Positions 54,931-64,000 of a stretch of 64,000 nt of DNA are shown here, piece after piece. The notes beneath the pieces were generated by a model that searched no databases, was not told where the DNA came from, and saw only the letters and a list, made by a program, of their open reading frames with translations. Within the stretch, counting starts at the first letter, position 1. The number at the start of each line of letters is the position of its first letter. Origin of the DNA: Gemmatimonadales bacterium (GTDB lineage Bacteria; Gemmatimonadota; Gemmatimonadetes; Gemmatimonadales; GWC2-71-9); the NCBI GenBank assembly GCA_041577295.1, contig JBFGJG010000005.1, positions 62,886-126,885 of the forward strand. Direction: 5' to 3'. A program made the translations under genes and the position numbers.

Positions 54931-55584
54931 CTAGCTTCCCAGGCCGATCGCGAGTCCTACCCGAAAGACGATGTTGCCACCGGCCCTCGAGCCGCTGGTG
55001 GGACCGATATCGACCGGCACGCCGTCGACCTCGACCGTGAACTCACCAAAGGTGCCGTAACCTACGGTTGCTCCGACATCGAGGTTGACCCGTCGGCTAA
55101 CGGCGAAGAGTAACCCGCCTCCCGCGTTCCCGAGCACTCCGGTGGCGGCGACCGTGATCTCGACCTCGCCAAGGGTGGGATCTTGCGCGGTGACGCTCCC
55201 TTGCTCGCGCAACACCGAGAGCCGTGCGGAGAGATACGGAGCGACCACATCGCTCTGCACGGGCACGACGACGCGAGGTTCCACGAACCCACCAAAGAGC
55301 TTGAAGGTGAAGTCTGCGTTCACGGTGGGGTCGTTCGCGAAGATATCCGACCCGTGAACGGTGTATTGAAACCCGCCACCGATCGAGAACGCGCTGGGCG
55401 TAAACCGGATCTGGGCCTCCACACCCCCACCGGGATCAATGCCCTCGAACTCGTTCCCGAAGAGCACGGCTGCCAACCCGGAAAACTGCAGCGACACCAT
55501 CTGGGCCGACTGCGCCCTCGCCTCCGCCGAAAGCAGCAGCGTGGCGGCACAACCCATCGCGAGGCCGATTCTCGTCGCACGCAT
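54931..55584 (-). CDS. outer-membrane beta-barrel protein
   Basis: GGAGG then ATG 55584; signal peptide ending ARA; alternating beta strands, terminal FRVGLAIGL. Confidence 0.72.
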   Translation of the reverse strand: MRATRIGLAMGCAATLLLSAEARAQSAQMVSLQFSGLAAVLFGNEFEGIDPGGGVEAQIRFTPSAFSIGGGFQYTVHGSDIFANDPTVNADFTFKLFGGFVEPRVVVPVQSDVVAPYLSARLSVLREQGSVTAQDPTLGEVEITVAATGVLGNAGGGLLFAVSRRVNLDVGATVGYGTFGEFTVEVDGVPVDIGPTSGSRAGGNIVFRVGLAIGLGS

Positions 55585-55717
55585 GAGGGTCCTCCCCCTG
55601 TGAGGGTCTACGGCAGGTGAACGGTGCGGCAAGGAGTCGCGCTAGGATATCGACCGGTGTGGGCGCCCGCAAGCATTGAGCGAGGCGCGAGAAGGGAGGT
55701 CAAACGACCGATTAAGC

Positions 55718-55733
55718 TGTGACACGGCTCACC
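55718..55733. promoter_or_regulatory. CRP-like binding site
   Basis: TGTGA-CACGGC-TCACC, 9/10 match to TGTGA-N6-TCACA, in a divergent intergenic region. Confidence 0.45.
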
Positions 55734-55876
55734 GCAACGCCCAGGGAACCGCGCCCACCTTAACGACACCGTCGCCGGTATCACCGTGCGACGCGCGCCC
55801 GTAGGACCAAAATCAGATCACCATGATGCGACGCCCCATCGCCGCTGAGGCGGTGGGCGCGCCGCGAGTCGATTGA

Positions 55877-57880
55877 ATGATCCAGCGAGCGTGCCATCTC
55901 ACCTTCGTACTCAGCAGCGTCGCCGCCATCGGGGCGTGTCAGCTGGGCGAGACTGAAATGGGACTGGAAGACGGATCGAGCGTGCCCCTGACTACGCTCG
56001 GCACCGGCACGTACCGCGGCTTTTCCGGTGGGCTCTATCCAGGGGGAAACGCTGTTCCTCAGGACCACGCCGACGCCGGGCTGGCACTGGTGTCCGCGAT
56101 CGAGCCACTCGACGCGGGCGGCAACCCGGATCCCGACGGCAAGTACATACTGCTCTCGATTGGAATGTCCAACACGACGCAGGAATTCTGTAATCCGTCA
56201 GGCGGCACGGGCTGCAACGCGTGGACCTTTGGCGGCCAAGCGGCCGCGAGCAGCGCCACCGACGCCGCGCACCTCGTCATCGTTGACGGCGCCCGAGGTG
56301 GTCAGCCGGCCTCTGCATGGGAATCTCCCAGCAGTCCCAACTACGACTTCATCCGGGACGAGAGGCTCGCCGCGCGGAACGTCACCGAGGCACAGGTCCA
56401 AATCGTGTGGCTCAAGCAAGCCAACGCCAATCCCACCGTGGCGCTCCCCGACCCCAATGCAGACGCCTACGAGCTCGAGCGCCGGCTTGCGAACATCGTG
56501 CGTGCGCTCGCGGACCGATATGCCAACCTCAAAATGGTGTTCCTCTCCAGCCGTATCTACGCCGGCTACGCGACCACCGACCTCAATCCGGAGCCATTCG
56601 CATACGAATCCGGGTTCGCCGTGAAGTGGCTGATCGAGGCCCAGATCACGCAGATGGCCCCCGGCGGGACGGCAGATGAGATCGCTGGCGATCTGGACTA
56701 CAGCGCAGGCCTGGCACCGTGGCTCGCGTGGGGTCCGTATCTCTGGGCGGAAGGCGCCACACCCAATCCCGACGGCTTGGCGTGGCTGCCGGAGGACTTC
56801 GAGCCCGATGGCACGCACCCATCGCGCAGTGGCGAGGAGAAGGTCGGCGCACAACTCCTGAGCTTCTTTCAGTCGTCCCCTCACGCCTCAGGCTGGTTCC
56901 TGGCGAGTGTGGCACCACCACCACCGCCGCCACCACCACCGCCGGACACGATGCCACCAACCCCACCAAACGACACGTTGGTCGGCGTCCCGCTGATCGA
57001 CATGACCGGCACGTATCAGGGTTTCGAAGGGGGCCTGTATCCTGGGGGAGTGAACACCATACCCCAGGATCACTTTGATGCCGGCTGGAACTTCACGAGC
57101 CAGATCGAACCCCTCAACACCAGCGGCGACCCCGACCCCGATGGCCGCATCGTCCTCTTGACCCAGGGGATGTCCAACACTGGTGCTCACTCGGCCCGGT
57201 TCATCAGCAGCGCGACAGCCGATACGTCGGTCAACAGCTCGACGCTCACCATCGTGAACGGCAGCATCAGCGGGGCGTCCACCGGCTTCTGGGACGATCC
57301 GACCGAATCGGCCACCTATGGGGCCGTGGCGACCGAGTTGAGCGACCGCGGATTGAGCGAGGCGCAGGTGCAGGTCATCTGGGCGCTGCACGGCAATCCG
57401 TCCCCGGACGTCTCTCTTCCGGACAACAGCGCCGATGCGTTCGTGTTGTTGCGTCAGTTCGGGGACGTCCTGCGGAGCATCAAGACCCGATACCCCAACA
57501 TCAAGCTGGTCTTCTTCTCGAGCCGGATCTACAGCTGTGCACGGAGCGGCCTGAACCCGGAGCCCTACGCGTACGAGTCCGGGTTCTCCGTGAAGTGGTT
57601 GGTAGAAGCCCAGATCGAACAAATGGCGACCGGTACCGCGAACGCCACGACCGGTGACCTCGACTACAACACGGGTGCGGCCCCTTGGGTCTCGTGGGGC
57701 CCGTACCTCTGGGCCGATGATGGTAATGAGCGCTCTGACGGCCTGGTGTGGCTCGATAGCGACCTCGCCTCCGACTGCACACACCCCTCGGGGAGCGGGG
57801 CGCAAAAAGTGGCTGACATGCTGGTGGAGTTCTTCAAGACCTCGCCACTAACCAGCGGCTGGTTTCTGGCCGCCAACTAG
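55877..57880 (+). CDS. lipoprotein with two tandem SGNH-like domains
   Basis: IGAC lipobox-like; duplicated GGLYPGG/GMSN/SSRIY/LNPEP/WGPYLW/DxTHP; poly-Pro linker. Confidence 0.75.
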   Translation: MIQRACHLTFVLSSVAAIGACQLGETEMGLEDGSSVPLTTLGTGTYRGFSGGLYPGGNAVPQDHADAGLALVSAIEPLDAGGNPDPDGKYILLSIGMSNTTQEFCNPSGGTGCNAWTFGGQAAASSATDAAHLVIVDGARGGQPASAWESPSSPNYDFIRDERLAARNVTEAQVQIVWLKQANANPTVALPDPNADAYELERRLANIVRALADRYANLKMVFLSSRIYAGYATTDLNPEPFAYESGFAVKWLIEAQITQMAPGGTADEIAGDLDYSAGLAPWLAWGPYLWAEGATPNPDGLAWLPEDFEPDGTHPSRSGEEKVGAQLLSFFQSSPHASGWFLASVAPPPPPPPPPPDTMPPTPPNDTLVGVPLIDMTGTYQGFEGGLYPGGVNTIPQDHFDAGWNFTSQIEPLNTSGDPDPDGRIVLLTQGMSNTGAHSARFISSATADTSVNSSTLTIVNGSISGASTGFWDDPTESATYGAVATELSDRGLSEAQVQVIWALHGNPSPDVSLPDNSADAFVLLRQFGDVLRSIKTRYPNIKLVFFSSRIYSCARSGLNPEPYAYESGFSVKWLVEAQIEQMATGTANATTGDLDYNTGAAPWVSWGPYLWADDGNERSDGLVWLDSDLASDCTHPSGSGAQKVADMLVEFFKTSPLTSGWFLAAN

Positions 57881-57886
57881 GGGAAC

Positions 57887-59242
57887 ATGTTTATGCGACG
57901 CACACTCTCTCTTCTCCTGGCACTCGCGGTGGCTGGTCCGCCGCTGTACGCCCAACGACCAGGCACGGTCGAGTTCGGCGCCATGGGACGCGCGAGCTTC
58001 TTCGATCAGAGCCTGAACTTCGACAACTTCTTTGGCGCGGGCGGGCGCTTGGGCATCTTCATCGTGCGGAACATCGCCATCGAGGGAGACGCCTCGTTCG
58101 TGCAAACCGATTTGGCGCCAGCAGGCCGGGTCAACCACATCCCGATTCACGCCCGCGCCGTGTACAACATCCCGTTTCACCCGCGCTTCGGCCTGTTGGT
58201 GGGAGCCGGGTACGTCCGTAACGAGTACCGGCGCGCTGTGAACGCCTCCGACAACGGTATCGGGGGCCTGTTTGGCATGCGGTTGCGCCTCAGCGACGTG
58301 GTCTCCATGCGCGCCGAGGGAACCCTGGATTACATACCGTCTCCCGCGAATGCCAGCCCTGGGGTCCCGAACAACACGAACGCCGGGGCGCAGTTTGGAT
58401 TCTCGTTCCAGTTCGGGCCACGTGACCTCCGCGACGCCGACGGGGACGGCGTGCACGATCGCGACGACCTGTGTCCGGGAACCCGGTTCGGTGAGTCGGT
58501 TGACGGGGCGGGCTGTCCGCTGGATTCCGACGGTGACGGCGTGGCCAACTCCCAAGACAGTTGTCCCAACACACCCGCTGGTGAGCCAGTGACGGCCCTC
58601 GGCTGTCCGCGTGATGCCGATGAAGACGGTGTGGCGGATTCCGCCGATCGGTGTCCGAACACGCCGGTGGGCACCGCGGTGGACGACGCCGGATGCGCGC
58701 TGGACACCGACCGCGACGGGGTGTCTGACTCGGCCGACACCTGTCCCAACACACCGGCCGGAGCGCTGGTCGACACCAACGGCTGCCCGAGAGACAACGA
58801 CGCCGATGGTGTGGCCGATGGCCTGGACAAATGCCCGAACACTGAACGAGGTGCGCGGGTCGACGAAGCAGGGTGTCCGGTGCTGTTCGAGGAGGGCAAA
58901 CGCACTGTGATCCTGGAGGGTGTCACCTTCGAGGTCAACAGCGCCGCCCTGACACCCGATGCCCAGAACGTCCTGCGACGCGTCGCCGAGTCGCTGGTGG
59001 CCAACCCCAGCGTCCACGTCGAGATCGCCGGGCATACCGACGGCACCGGGTCACGTGGGTACAACCATCAGCTGTCAGCCGCCCGGGCAGAGTCGGTGAG
59101 GGCTTTCCTCGCACTGCAAGGCGTTGCATTCGAGCGCATGCGTGCCCGTGGCTACGGCCCCGATATGCCGATCGCGTCGAACTCGACGTCCTCGGGTCGG
59201 GCCATGAATCGCCGCGTCGAGCTTCGACGGATGGAACCGTAG
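57887..59242 (+). CDS. OmpA-family protein with TSP3-like Ca-binding repeats
   Basis: Signal peptide, barrel, 5x DxDxDGV..DxCP, GHTD..NxxLSxxRA..NRRVE. Confidence 0.92.
   Translation: MFMRRTLSLLLALAVAGPPLYAQRPGTVEFGAMGRASFFDQSLNFDNFFGAGGRLGIFIVRNIAIEGDASFVQTDLAPAGRVNHIPIHARAVYNIPFHPRFGLLVGAGYVRNEYRRAVNASDNGIGGLFGMRLRLSDVVSMRAEGTLDYIPSPANASPGVPNNTNAGAQFGFSFQFGPRDLRDADGDGVHDRDDLCPGTRFGESVDGAGCPLDSDGDGVANSQDSCPNTPAGEPVTALGCPRDADEDGVADSADRCPNTPVGTAVDDAGCALDTDRDGVSDSADTCPNTPAGALVDTNGCPRDNDADGVADGLDKCPNTERGARVDEAGCPVLFEEGKRTVILEGVTFEVNSAALTPDAQNVLRRVAESLVANPSVHVEIAGHTDGTGSRGYNHQLSAARAESVRAFLALQGVAFERMRARGYGPDMPIASNSTSSGRAMNRRVELRRMEP
58433..58882 (+). repeat. five 90-nt coding tandem repeats (TSP3-like)
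   Basis: Units start at 58433, 58523, 58613, 58703 and 58793. Confidence 0.85.
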
Positions 59243-59259
59243 CTCGCCGGAAAGAAGCC

Positions 59260-59299
59260 GGCGCCGAGGTCTTCCGCCAATGAGCGGGGCCTCGGCGCC
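59260..59299. terminator. stem-loop after the OmpA gene
   Basis: GGCGCCGAGG...CCTCGGCGCC inverted repeat; weak U-tract on the + strand. Confidence 0.5.
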
Positions 59300-59528
59300 C
59301 GGTTCACGTTCTCTGCCTTTCGGACCTGGTCACGCGAGCAAACCCTTGCGCTCGCGACCGTTTGATACAAGTCTATCGTGGCCTTGGCTCATGCGCCTGA
59401 AGCCCCAGAGGCCCGTGTAGAATCTGTGGGAACGCCTCTGGAGGTGGTCGCCGCGGCCGCCCTCTAGGGACAGTGATTTGACTCTGAAGCCAAGCTCCAC
59501 TAACCTAGACGGGCTCCGGACGGCCGCC

Positions 59529-60305
59529 ATGGTACAAACCACTACACCCACGTCGATGGTCGATACCCTCCGCGAAGTACCGCTCTTCGCGCAGCTCCGC
59601 GAAGGCGACATTCAGCGCATCATGCAGGCGGCACGCTATCGGACCTATCCGAAGAACAGCGTGATCGTCTTCGAGGACGACCCCGGTGATGCGCTCTACG
59701 TCGTTGAGTCTGGACAGGTAAAGCTGGTCCTCATCGCCGAGGACGGTCGAGAAGTGATTCTGTCCATCCGCAAGAAGGGTGATTTCTTTGGCGAGATCTC
59801 CCTGATCGACGACGAGCCACGCTCGGCTCACGTCATCGCGATGGAGGATTCACGGCTCCTCGTCCTCCGTCGGGAGGACTTTCAACGGTGTCTCCAAGAG
59901 ATGCCACAGGTCGCCATCGGCCTGTTACGCGCCCTGTGCAAGCGGTTGCGGCAAGCCGACAGCAAGATCGGATCGCTCGTGCTGCTGGATGCCACCGGGC
60001 GCGTGGCCCACCTCCTCCTCGAGATGGCAGACGAGACCGACGGCGAGACCATCATCCAACGCCTCACCCACCACATGATCGCGCAGATGATCGGTGCCAG
60101 CCGGGAAACCGTCTCGCGCACCATGCGAGACTTCGTGGCCAAGGGCTTCATCGAGGTCGCACGCAAGACGATAACCATTCGCGACCGGCGGGACCTGACC
60201 ACCGGTCGCCCCGAATTGCCCACCGAAGACATGATTCGGGTCTCCCGACGCGTCATCGTGGTCAAAGAACGGAAGGCCCTGGAGGCACTCGCCGGCCGGG
60301 CCTGA
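59529..60305 (+). CDS. CRP/FNR-family regulator
   Basis: FFGEISL..RSA cNMP pocket; ASRETVSR recognition helix; start uncertain (59478, 59529 or 59556). Confidence 0.9.
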   Translation: MVQTTTPTSMVDTLREVPLFAQLREGDIQRIMQAARYRTYPKNSVIVFEDDPGDALYVVESGQVKLVLIAEDGREVILSIRKKGDFFGEISLIDDEPRSAHVIAMEDSRLLVLRREDFQRCLQEMPQVAIGLLRALCKRLRQADSKIGSLVLLDATGRVAHLLLEMADETDGETIIQRLTHHMIAQMIGASRETVSRTMRDFVAKGFIEVARKTITIRDRRDLTTGRPELPTEDMIRVSRRVIVVKERKALEALAGRA

Positions 60306-60342
60306 CGGGAACGCGGACGCAGACCCCGCCACGCTCTTTAGG

Positions 60343-62373
60343 TCATAGGAGGTTTCGCGGGATCTCCGCGCTCCAGCGCCGCTCACAGAAGATCTCCTCA
60401 CCCTCGAACGCCCGTAGGACGGCTTCCACCTGGAACGCCTGCGCACTGCCGGTGAGGACCGTGCTGGTTTGGATCTTGATCGACCAGGCCCCTCGCCGTG
60501 CCACGACCTCGTGCGACACCTCCGCGCGCGCGGACAGCGGATCCCCGGGGTGGATCCGGTACCGCTCGATCACGCCGTGGCCAAACGCTAAGTCAATCGC
60601 CTTCACGTGGGACAGGGCCACACCACCCGTCGCGGTACGGTCGAGCACCGTGGTGATCGTTACAAACCCGTGAGCGTCCTCACCCACTGTGCGACGGATC
60701 CCGCCGTCTTCGAGGTCGGTGTGGTCGAGCGGTGGAGCGCTCTCGGGTGGCTCGAACGGTCGGAGGCGCTCGTCCCCGCTGTTCGTTGGCCGAACGGGGA
60801 GGGTCAGCTCACCGGCCGCGGTTTCGACCGATAGGCGGACCCGTGCGGGCGCTGGCCACACCATGGGCCAGTACGCGGTCGATAGCGCCAAGCGAATCCG
60901 GTGCCCGGGCGGAAACGCGTAGGCAATATCATTGAGCGCAAGCTCCACAACGCAGCGCGTCCCCGGTTCGAGCGGGCTAGGTCGCTCATGACTGTCCCGA
61001 TGCGTAAGGTTGAGCACACCGAACGTCACTCTCGTCACGGCGCCATCGGGCGCGACGTCGTTGAGCCGCGCAACTAACATCGCAACTGGGCGATTGGCGC
61101 TGAGCGTCACGGTCAGCTTCGGCGCGCCAAGGATCTCCAGTCGGTCCTTCAGGGGCTCCGATTCGAACACGAGGGACCGAGCGTCGTCGGGACGTTGGTC
61201 GCCCGGTAGGTCACCCTCCACGCCAAAGCTGCACCACCGTCCACCGGCAGTTCCGGTCGTCTCCGGTGAGGAAAGCGAGAGGGTCGCCGGCGGCGGACGC
61301 TCGGCGGACAGGGTCCCTTCCCCCAGGTAAAACCGAACGGGCTCGATTTGCGGTGAGGGCCAGGCTCTTTCGGACACCCAACGCCCCGGACGGGTATCGT
61401 AGTACGTCCTCGGGGCCACACTCTCGTGCATCCACACGCGGTACATGGGCTCGTCCATGATCCCCGTGTCCGCGCCCTTCAGCCAGTGATCCCACCACCG
61501 CACGGCCTCCTGGAGAAAACCCACGGCCGGACCCGGCACACCCTCGTGCGGGTAGAGATGCGCCCAAGGGCCCACGAGACCCTTGCGCGGCACGGAGAGC
61601 CCGGCAAGAAGACGCGGCACCGCGTTGGTGTAGGCGTCGGCCCAACCACCCACGGCGAACACCGGACAGGCGATGCGGTCGTAGTCTTCGCACACCGAGC
61701 CGTGCTTCCAGTAGTCGTCCCGGTGCGGGTGTCTCAGCCATTGCTCTACGAAGAGTGGGCACTCTTCCAGGCGCTCGCGCCACATGTCGCGCCAGCGATC
61801 GCCCACCAGCTCGGGATCGGGCGGCTGCGCGTTGATCGTCAGGAGGGCCGATCCCCAGAGCAGGTTCTCATTTAGGAGACAGCCGCCCATGTAGTGGGCG
61901 TCATCGGTGTAGCGATCATCCGTGGAGCACACAGTGAGGATCGCCGCAAGCTCCGGTGGGCGTCTGGCAGCCACCTGGAGCGCGTTGAATCCGCCCCACG
62001 ACTTGCCCATCATCCCGACGACACCGGTGCACCACGGCTGTGAGGCGATCCACCGAATGGCTGCGACGCCGTCGTCCAACTCCTGGTCCAGGTACTCATC
62101 CAGCAGCAGCCCGTCGGACTCTCCCGCGCCGCGGAGGTCGATCCGAACCGCGGCGTAGCCATGGCCTGCGAAATACCGGTGAATTGGCTCGTCGCGCCAG
62201 CGTGTCCGGTCGCGTTTGCGATACGGGATGTACTCCACGACCGCCGGGACGGGACGGCTGGTCGCGTTCTCCGGCAGCCAAATGCGCGCGGCCAGCCGGG
62301 CCCCATCCGGCATGGGAATCCAGCAGTTCTCGATCTCACGGACGGCGAACGGAAACGTCTCGAGGATGCGCAC
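60343..62373 (-). CDS. CocE/NonD (S15-like) hydrolase
   Basis: IPYRK, DLRGAGES, GKSWGG nucleophile motif, GWAD, GPWAH. Confidence 0.9.
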   Translation of the reverse strand: MRILETFPFAVREIENCWIPMPDGARLAARIWLPENATSRPVPAVVEYIPYRKRDRTRWRDEPIHRYFAGHGYAAVRIDLRGAGESDGLLLDEYLDQELDDGVAAIRWIASQPWCTGVVGMMGKSWGGFNALQVAARRPPELAAILTVCSTDDRYTDDAHYMGGCLLNENLLWGSALLTINAQPPDPELVGDRWRDMWRERLEECPLFVEQWLRHPHRDDYWKHGSVCEDYDRIACPVFAVGGWADAYTNAVPRLLAGLSVPRKGLVGPWAHLYPHEGVPGPAVGFLQEAVRWWDHWLKGADTGIMDEPMYRVWMHESVAPRTYYDTRPGRWVSERAWPSPQIEPVRFYLGEGTLSAERPPPATLSLSSPETTGTAGGRWCSFGVEGDLPGDQRPDDARSLVFESEPLKDRLEILGAPKLTVTLSANRPVAMLVARLNDVAPDGAVTRVTFGVLNLTHRDSHERPSPLEPGTRCVVELALNDIAYAFPPGHRIRLALSTAYWPMVWPAPARVRLSVETAAGELTLPVRPTNSGDERLRPFEPPESAPPLDHTDLEDGGIRRTVGEDAHGFVTITTVLDRTATGGVALSHVKAIDLAFGHGVIERYRIHPGDPLSARAEVSHEVVARRGAWSIKIQTSTVLTGSAQAFQVEAVLRAFEGEEIFCERRWSAEIPRNLL

Positions 62374-62461
62374 GACACCCGATCCTTGATACCGCGTCTA
62401 TATTCCACTGTGTTTTGGGCCGCAATTTATCACGCTTCGTGCTCACGACTACCACCAGCTC

Positions 62462-63733
62462 ATGACCAAGCATTCGATCCTCGTCGTTTTCCCAAATTCC
62501 TGGGACCGGAAACAGTTCCAGGCGTGTCGTGACGCTTGGTGCGACCACTATGAACTCATCTTTACCGAACCGACCGATGAAGATTGCGCATGGGATTTCG
62601 ATGTGGTGCGCTTCATCGACGAGATGGTCACCACGTGGAAAGGACGCATCCACGGTGTCACCAGCTCGAGTGACTATCCAGGCGCGACCGTCGCGGGCGC
62701 CATCGCCACCAGACTCGGACTTCCGGGATCCCCACCGCATCGCGTCATCGGCACGTCGCACAAGTACTACTCGCGGCTCATTCAGCGCGACGCCGCACCG
62801 GACGCGACGCCGGAATTCGAGTTGGTGGACCCGCACGACCCAAATCCGCGTCTTCGAACCCTGACCTATCCCTGCTTCATCAAACCGGTGAAGGGCGCGT
62901 TCTCAGTCATGGCCGGGCGTCTCGAAACGGAGGCTGACCTGACGGCTTTCCTGCGCCGGCCAGCTGTCGCTGAGTTCATCGTCAATTACGTGCACATCTT
63001 CAACCAGCTCGTGACGAGCCTGACTGATTACGAGATCAACGGCAGCTATTTCCTGGCCGAAGAGCTTTTGCACGGCCGGCTCACTACAGTCGAAGGATTC
63101 GTCCATCACGGGGAAGTCAACGTGATCGGGATCGTGGACTCCATTACCCATCCGGACACGAAGAGCTTTATCCGGTTCGACTACCCGTCCGCCCTGCCGG
63201 CTCCCTTACAGCAACGGATGGTCGACCTTGCCCGTCTGGTGATTGGTGCACTGAAGCTCGACCACTCGTTCTTCAACATCGAGATGATCTACGATGAGGC
63301 GACCGACCGTCTGGGGATCATCGAGGTGAACCCGCGTATCTGCGGTCAGTTTGCCGATCTCTACCAAAAGGTGGATGGGACGTCGACGTACGAGCTCGCC
63401 TTGGCGCTCGCCGTGGGTCAACCACCCGCATTGCAGCGGGGCGCTGGCCAATACGCGGCGGCGTCGAGCTATCCGCTGCGCATCTTCCAGCCAATGCGGG
63501 TCATCAACGCACCCGATGATCGGCGGGTTGCGGAGATTCAGACGGCGTTTGCAGGTACGCTCGTATGGTTGGAATGCACAGCCGGGCAGGCGCTCGCGGA
63601 CTTCGAGAGCCTCGAAGATGGCACGAGTTACCGCTACGGGATCGTCAACCTCGGAGGCGACAGCCCAGCAGACGTGCAGACCCGGTTCAATCGCATCGTC
63701 GACGAGCTCGGGTTTCGGATGGAGCCCGTGTAG
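62462..63733 (+). CDS. ATP-grasp domain enzyme
   Basis: HKY, YPCFIKPV, AEE, FNIE, IIEVNPR. Confidence 0.85.
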   Translation: MTKHSILVVFPNSWDRKQFQACRDAWCDHYELIFTEPTDEDCAWDFDVVRFIDEMVTTWKGRIHGVTSSSDYPGATVAGAIATRLGLPGSPPHRVIGTSHKYYSRLIQRDAAPDATPEFELVDPHDPNPRLRTLTYPCFIKPVKGAFSVMAGRLETEADLTAFLRRPAVAEFIVNYVHIFNQLVTSLTDYEINGSYFLAEELLHGRLTTVEGFVHHGEVNVIGIVDSITHPDTKSFIRFDYPSALPAPLQQRMVDLARLVIGALKLDHSFFNIEMIYDEATDRLGIIEVNPRICGQFADLYQKVDGTSTYELALALAVGQPPALQRGAGQYAAASSYPLRIFQPMRVINAPDDRRVAEIQTAFAGTLVWLECTAGQALADFESLEDGTSYRYGIVNLGGDSPADVQTRFNRIVDELGFRMEPV

Positions 63734-63739
63734 CCGCCA

Positions 63740-64000
63740 CTAGTGTCGGTCTTCGATCGAACCAATTCCAAGCTCTGAACGCAGGTGTGTTGCACGCTGT
63801 TGAACGGCCTTGCGCTCGGCCTTATCCATGCGCTCGACGTTCTTGAGCACCAGCTTCATCCGGTTGTTGGCTGTGAACCGCTTGTGGTTCCGGATCAGCA
63901 GGTCCCAATAGAACGTGGTGAAAGGGCAGGCATCGTCCCCCGTGCGCTTCCCCGGATTGAATCGGCAGCTCTCGCAGTAGTTGCTCATCCGCTGGATGTA
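63740..64000 (-). CDS. C-terminus of FeS bacterial cryptochrome/photolyase (PhrB/CryB type), 5' part off window
   Basis: YIQRMSNYCESC..ACPF..YWD..NNRM. Confidence 0.85.
   Translation of the reverse strand, partial: YIQRMSNYCESCRFNPGKRTGDDACPFTTFYWDLLIRNHKRFTANNRMKLVLKNVERMDKAERKAVQQRATHLRSELGIGSIEDRH

Noticed and set aside
56914..56944. CCA/CCG microsatellite (also the GGC run near 24731-24765)
   Set aside because: Encodes poly-proline linkers; triplet units would not shift the frame
58433..58882. CRISPR-like periodic repeat
   Set aside because: In-frame 90-nt coding TSP3 repeats with codon-level divergence; no spacers or cas genes

Overview
GC-rich bacterial chromosome segment. Gene content and order suggest Gemmatimonadota, which is an inference. 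Positions 1-52240 are almost entirely minus-strand. Read in transcription order they hold two exported lipoproteins, an iodotyrosine-deiodinase-like nitroreductase, terB, tilS-hpt-ftsH-folP-cdaA-DUF2723, and yggS-divIVA-PNP-ileS-dksA/traR-lspA-rluD. Next comes an ~18 kb, tightly coupled 19-gene signalling operon (32374-14301). In it, a chemosensory set with no receptor in the window (3x CheW, CheY, CheA, CheC, CheR, CheD, CheB) brackets an MglA GTPase, three roadblock-domain proteins, two DUF4388/MshEN-like/TPR paralogues, a large TPR scaffold and a tandem DnaA-like AAA+ protein lacking a DNA-binding domain. After that lie tRNA-Val, a TPR gene, tRNA-Asp and a dcw cluster (rsmH to partial murC) without mraZ. 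The right end (52398-64000) is accessory: Ser/Thr kinase, outer-membrane barrel, tandem SGNH-like lipoprotein, OmpA with TSP3 repeats, CRP, CocE/NonD hydrolase, ATP-grasp enzyme and a partial FeS photolyase. The best candidate for an undescribed system is the Che-Mgl-DnaA-like operon. No CRISPR array, rRNA or mobile element was seen. All family calls come from motif recognition by eye, not from database searches.
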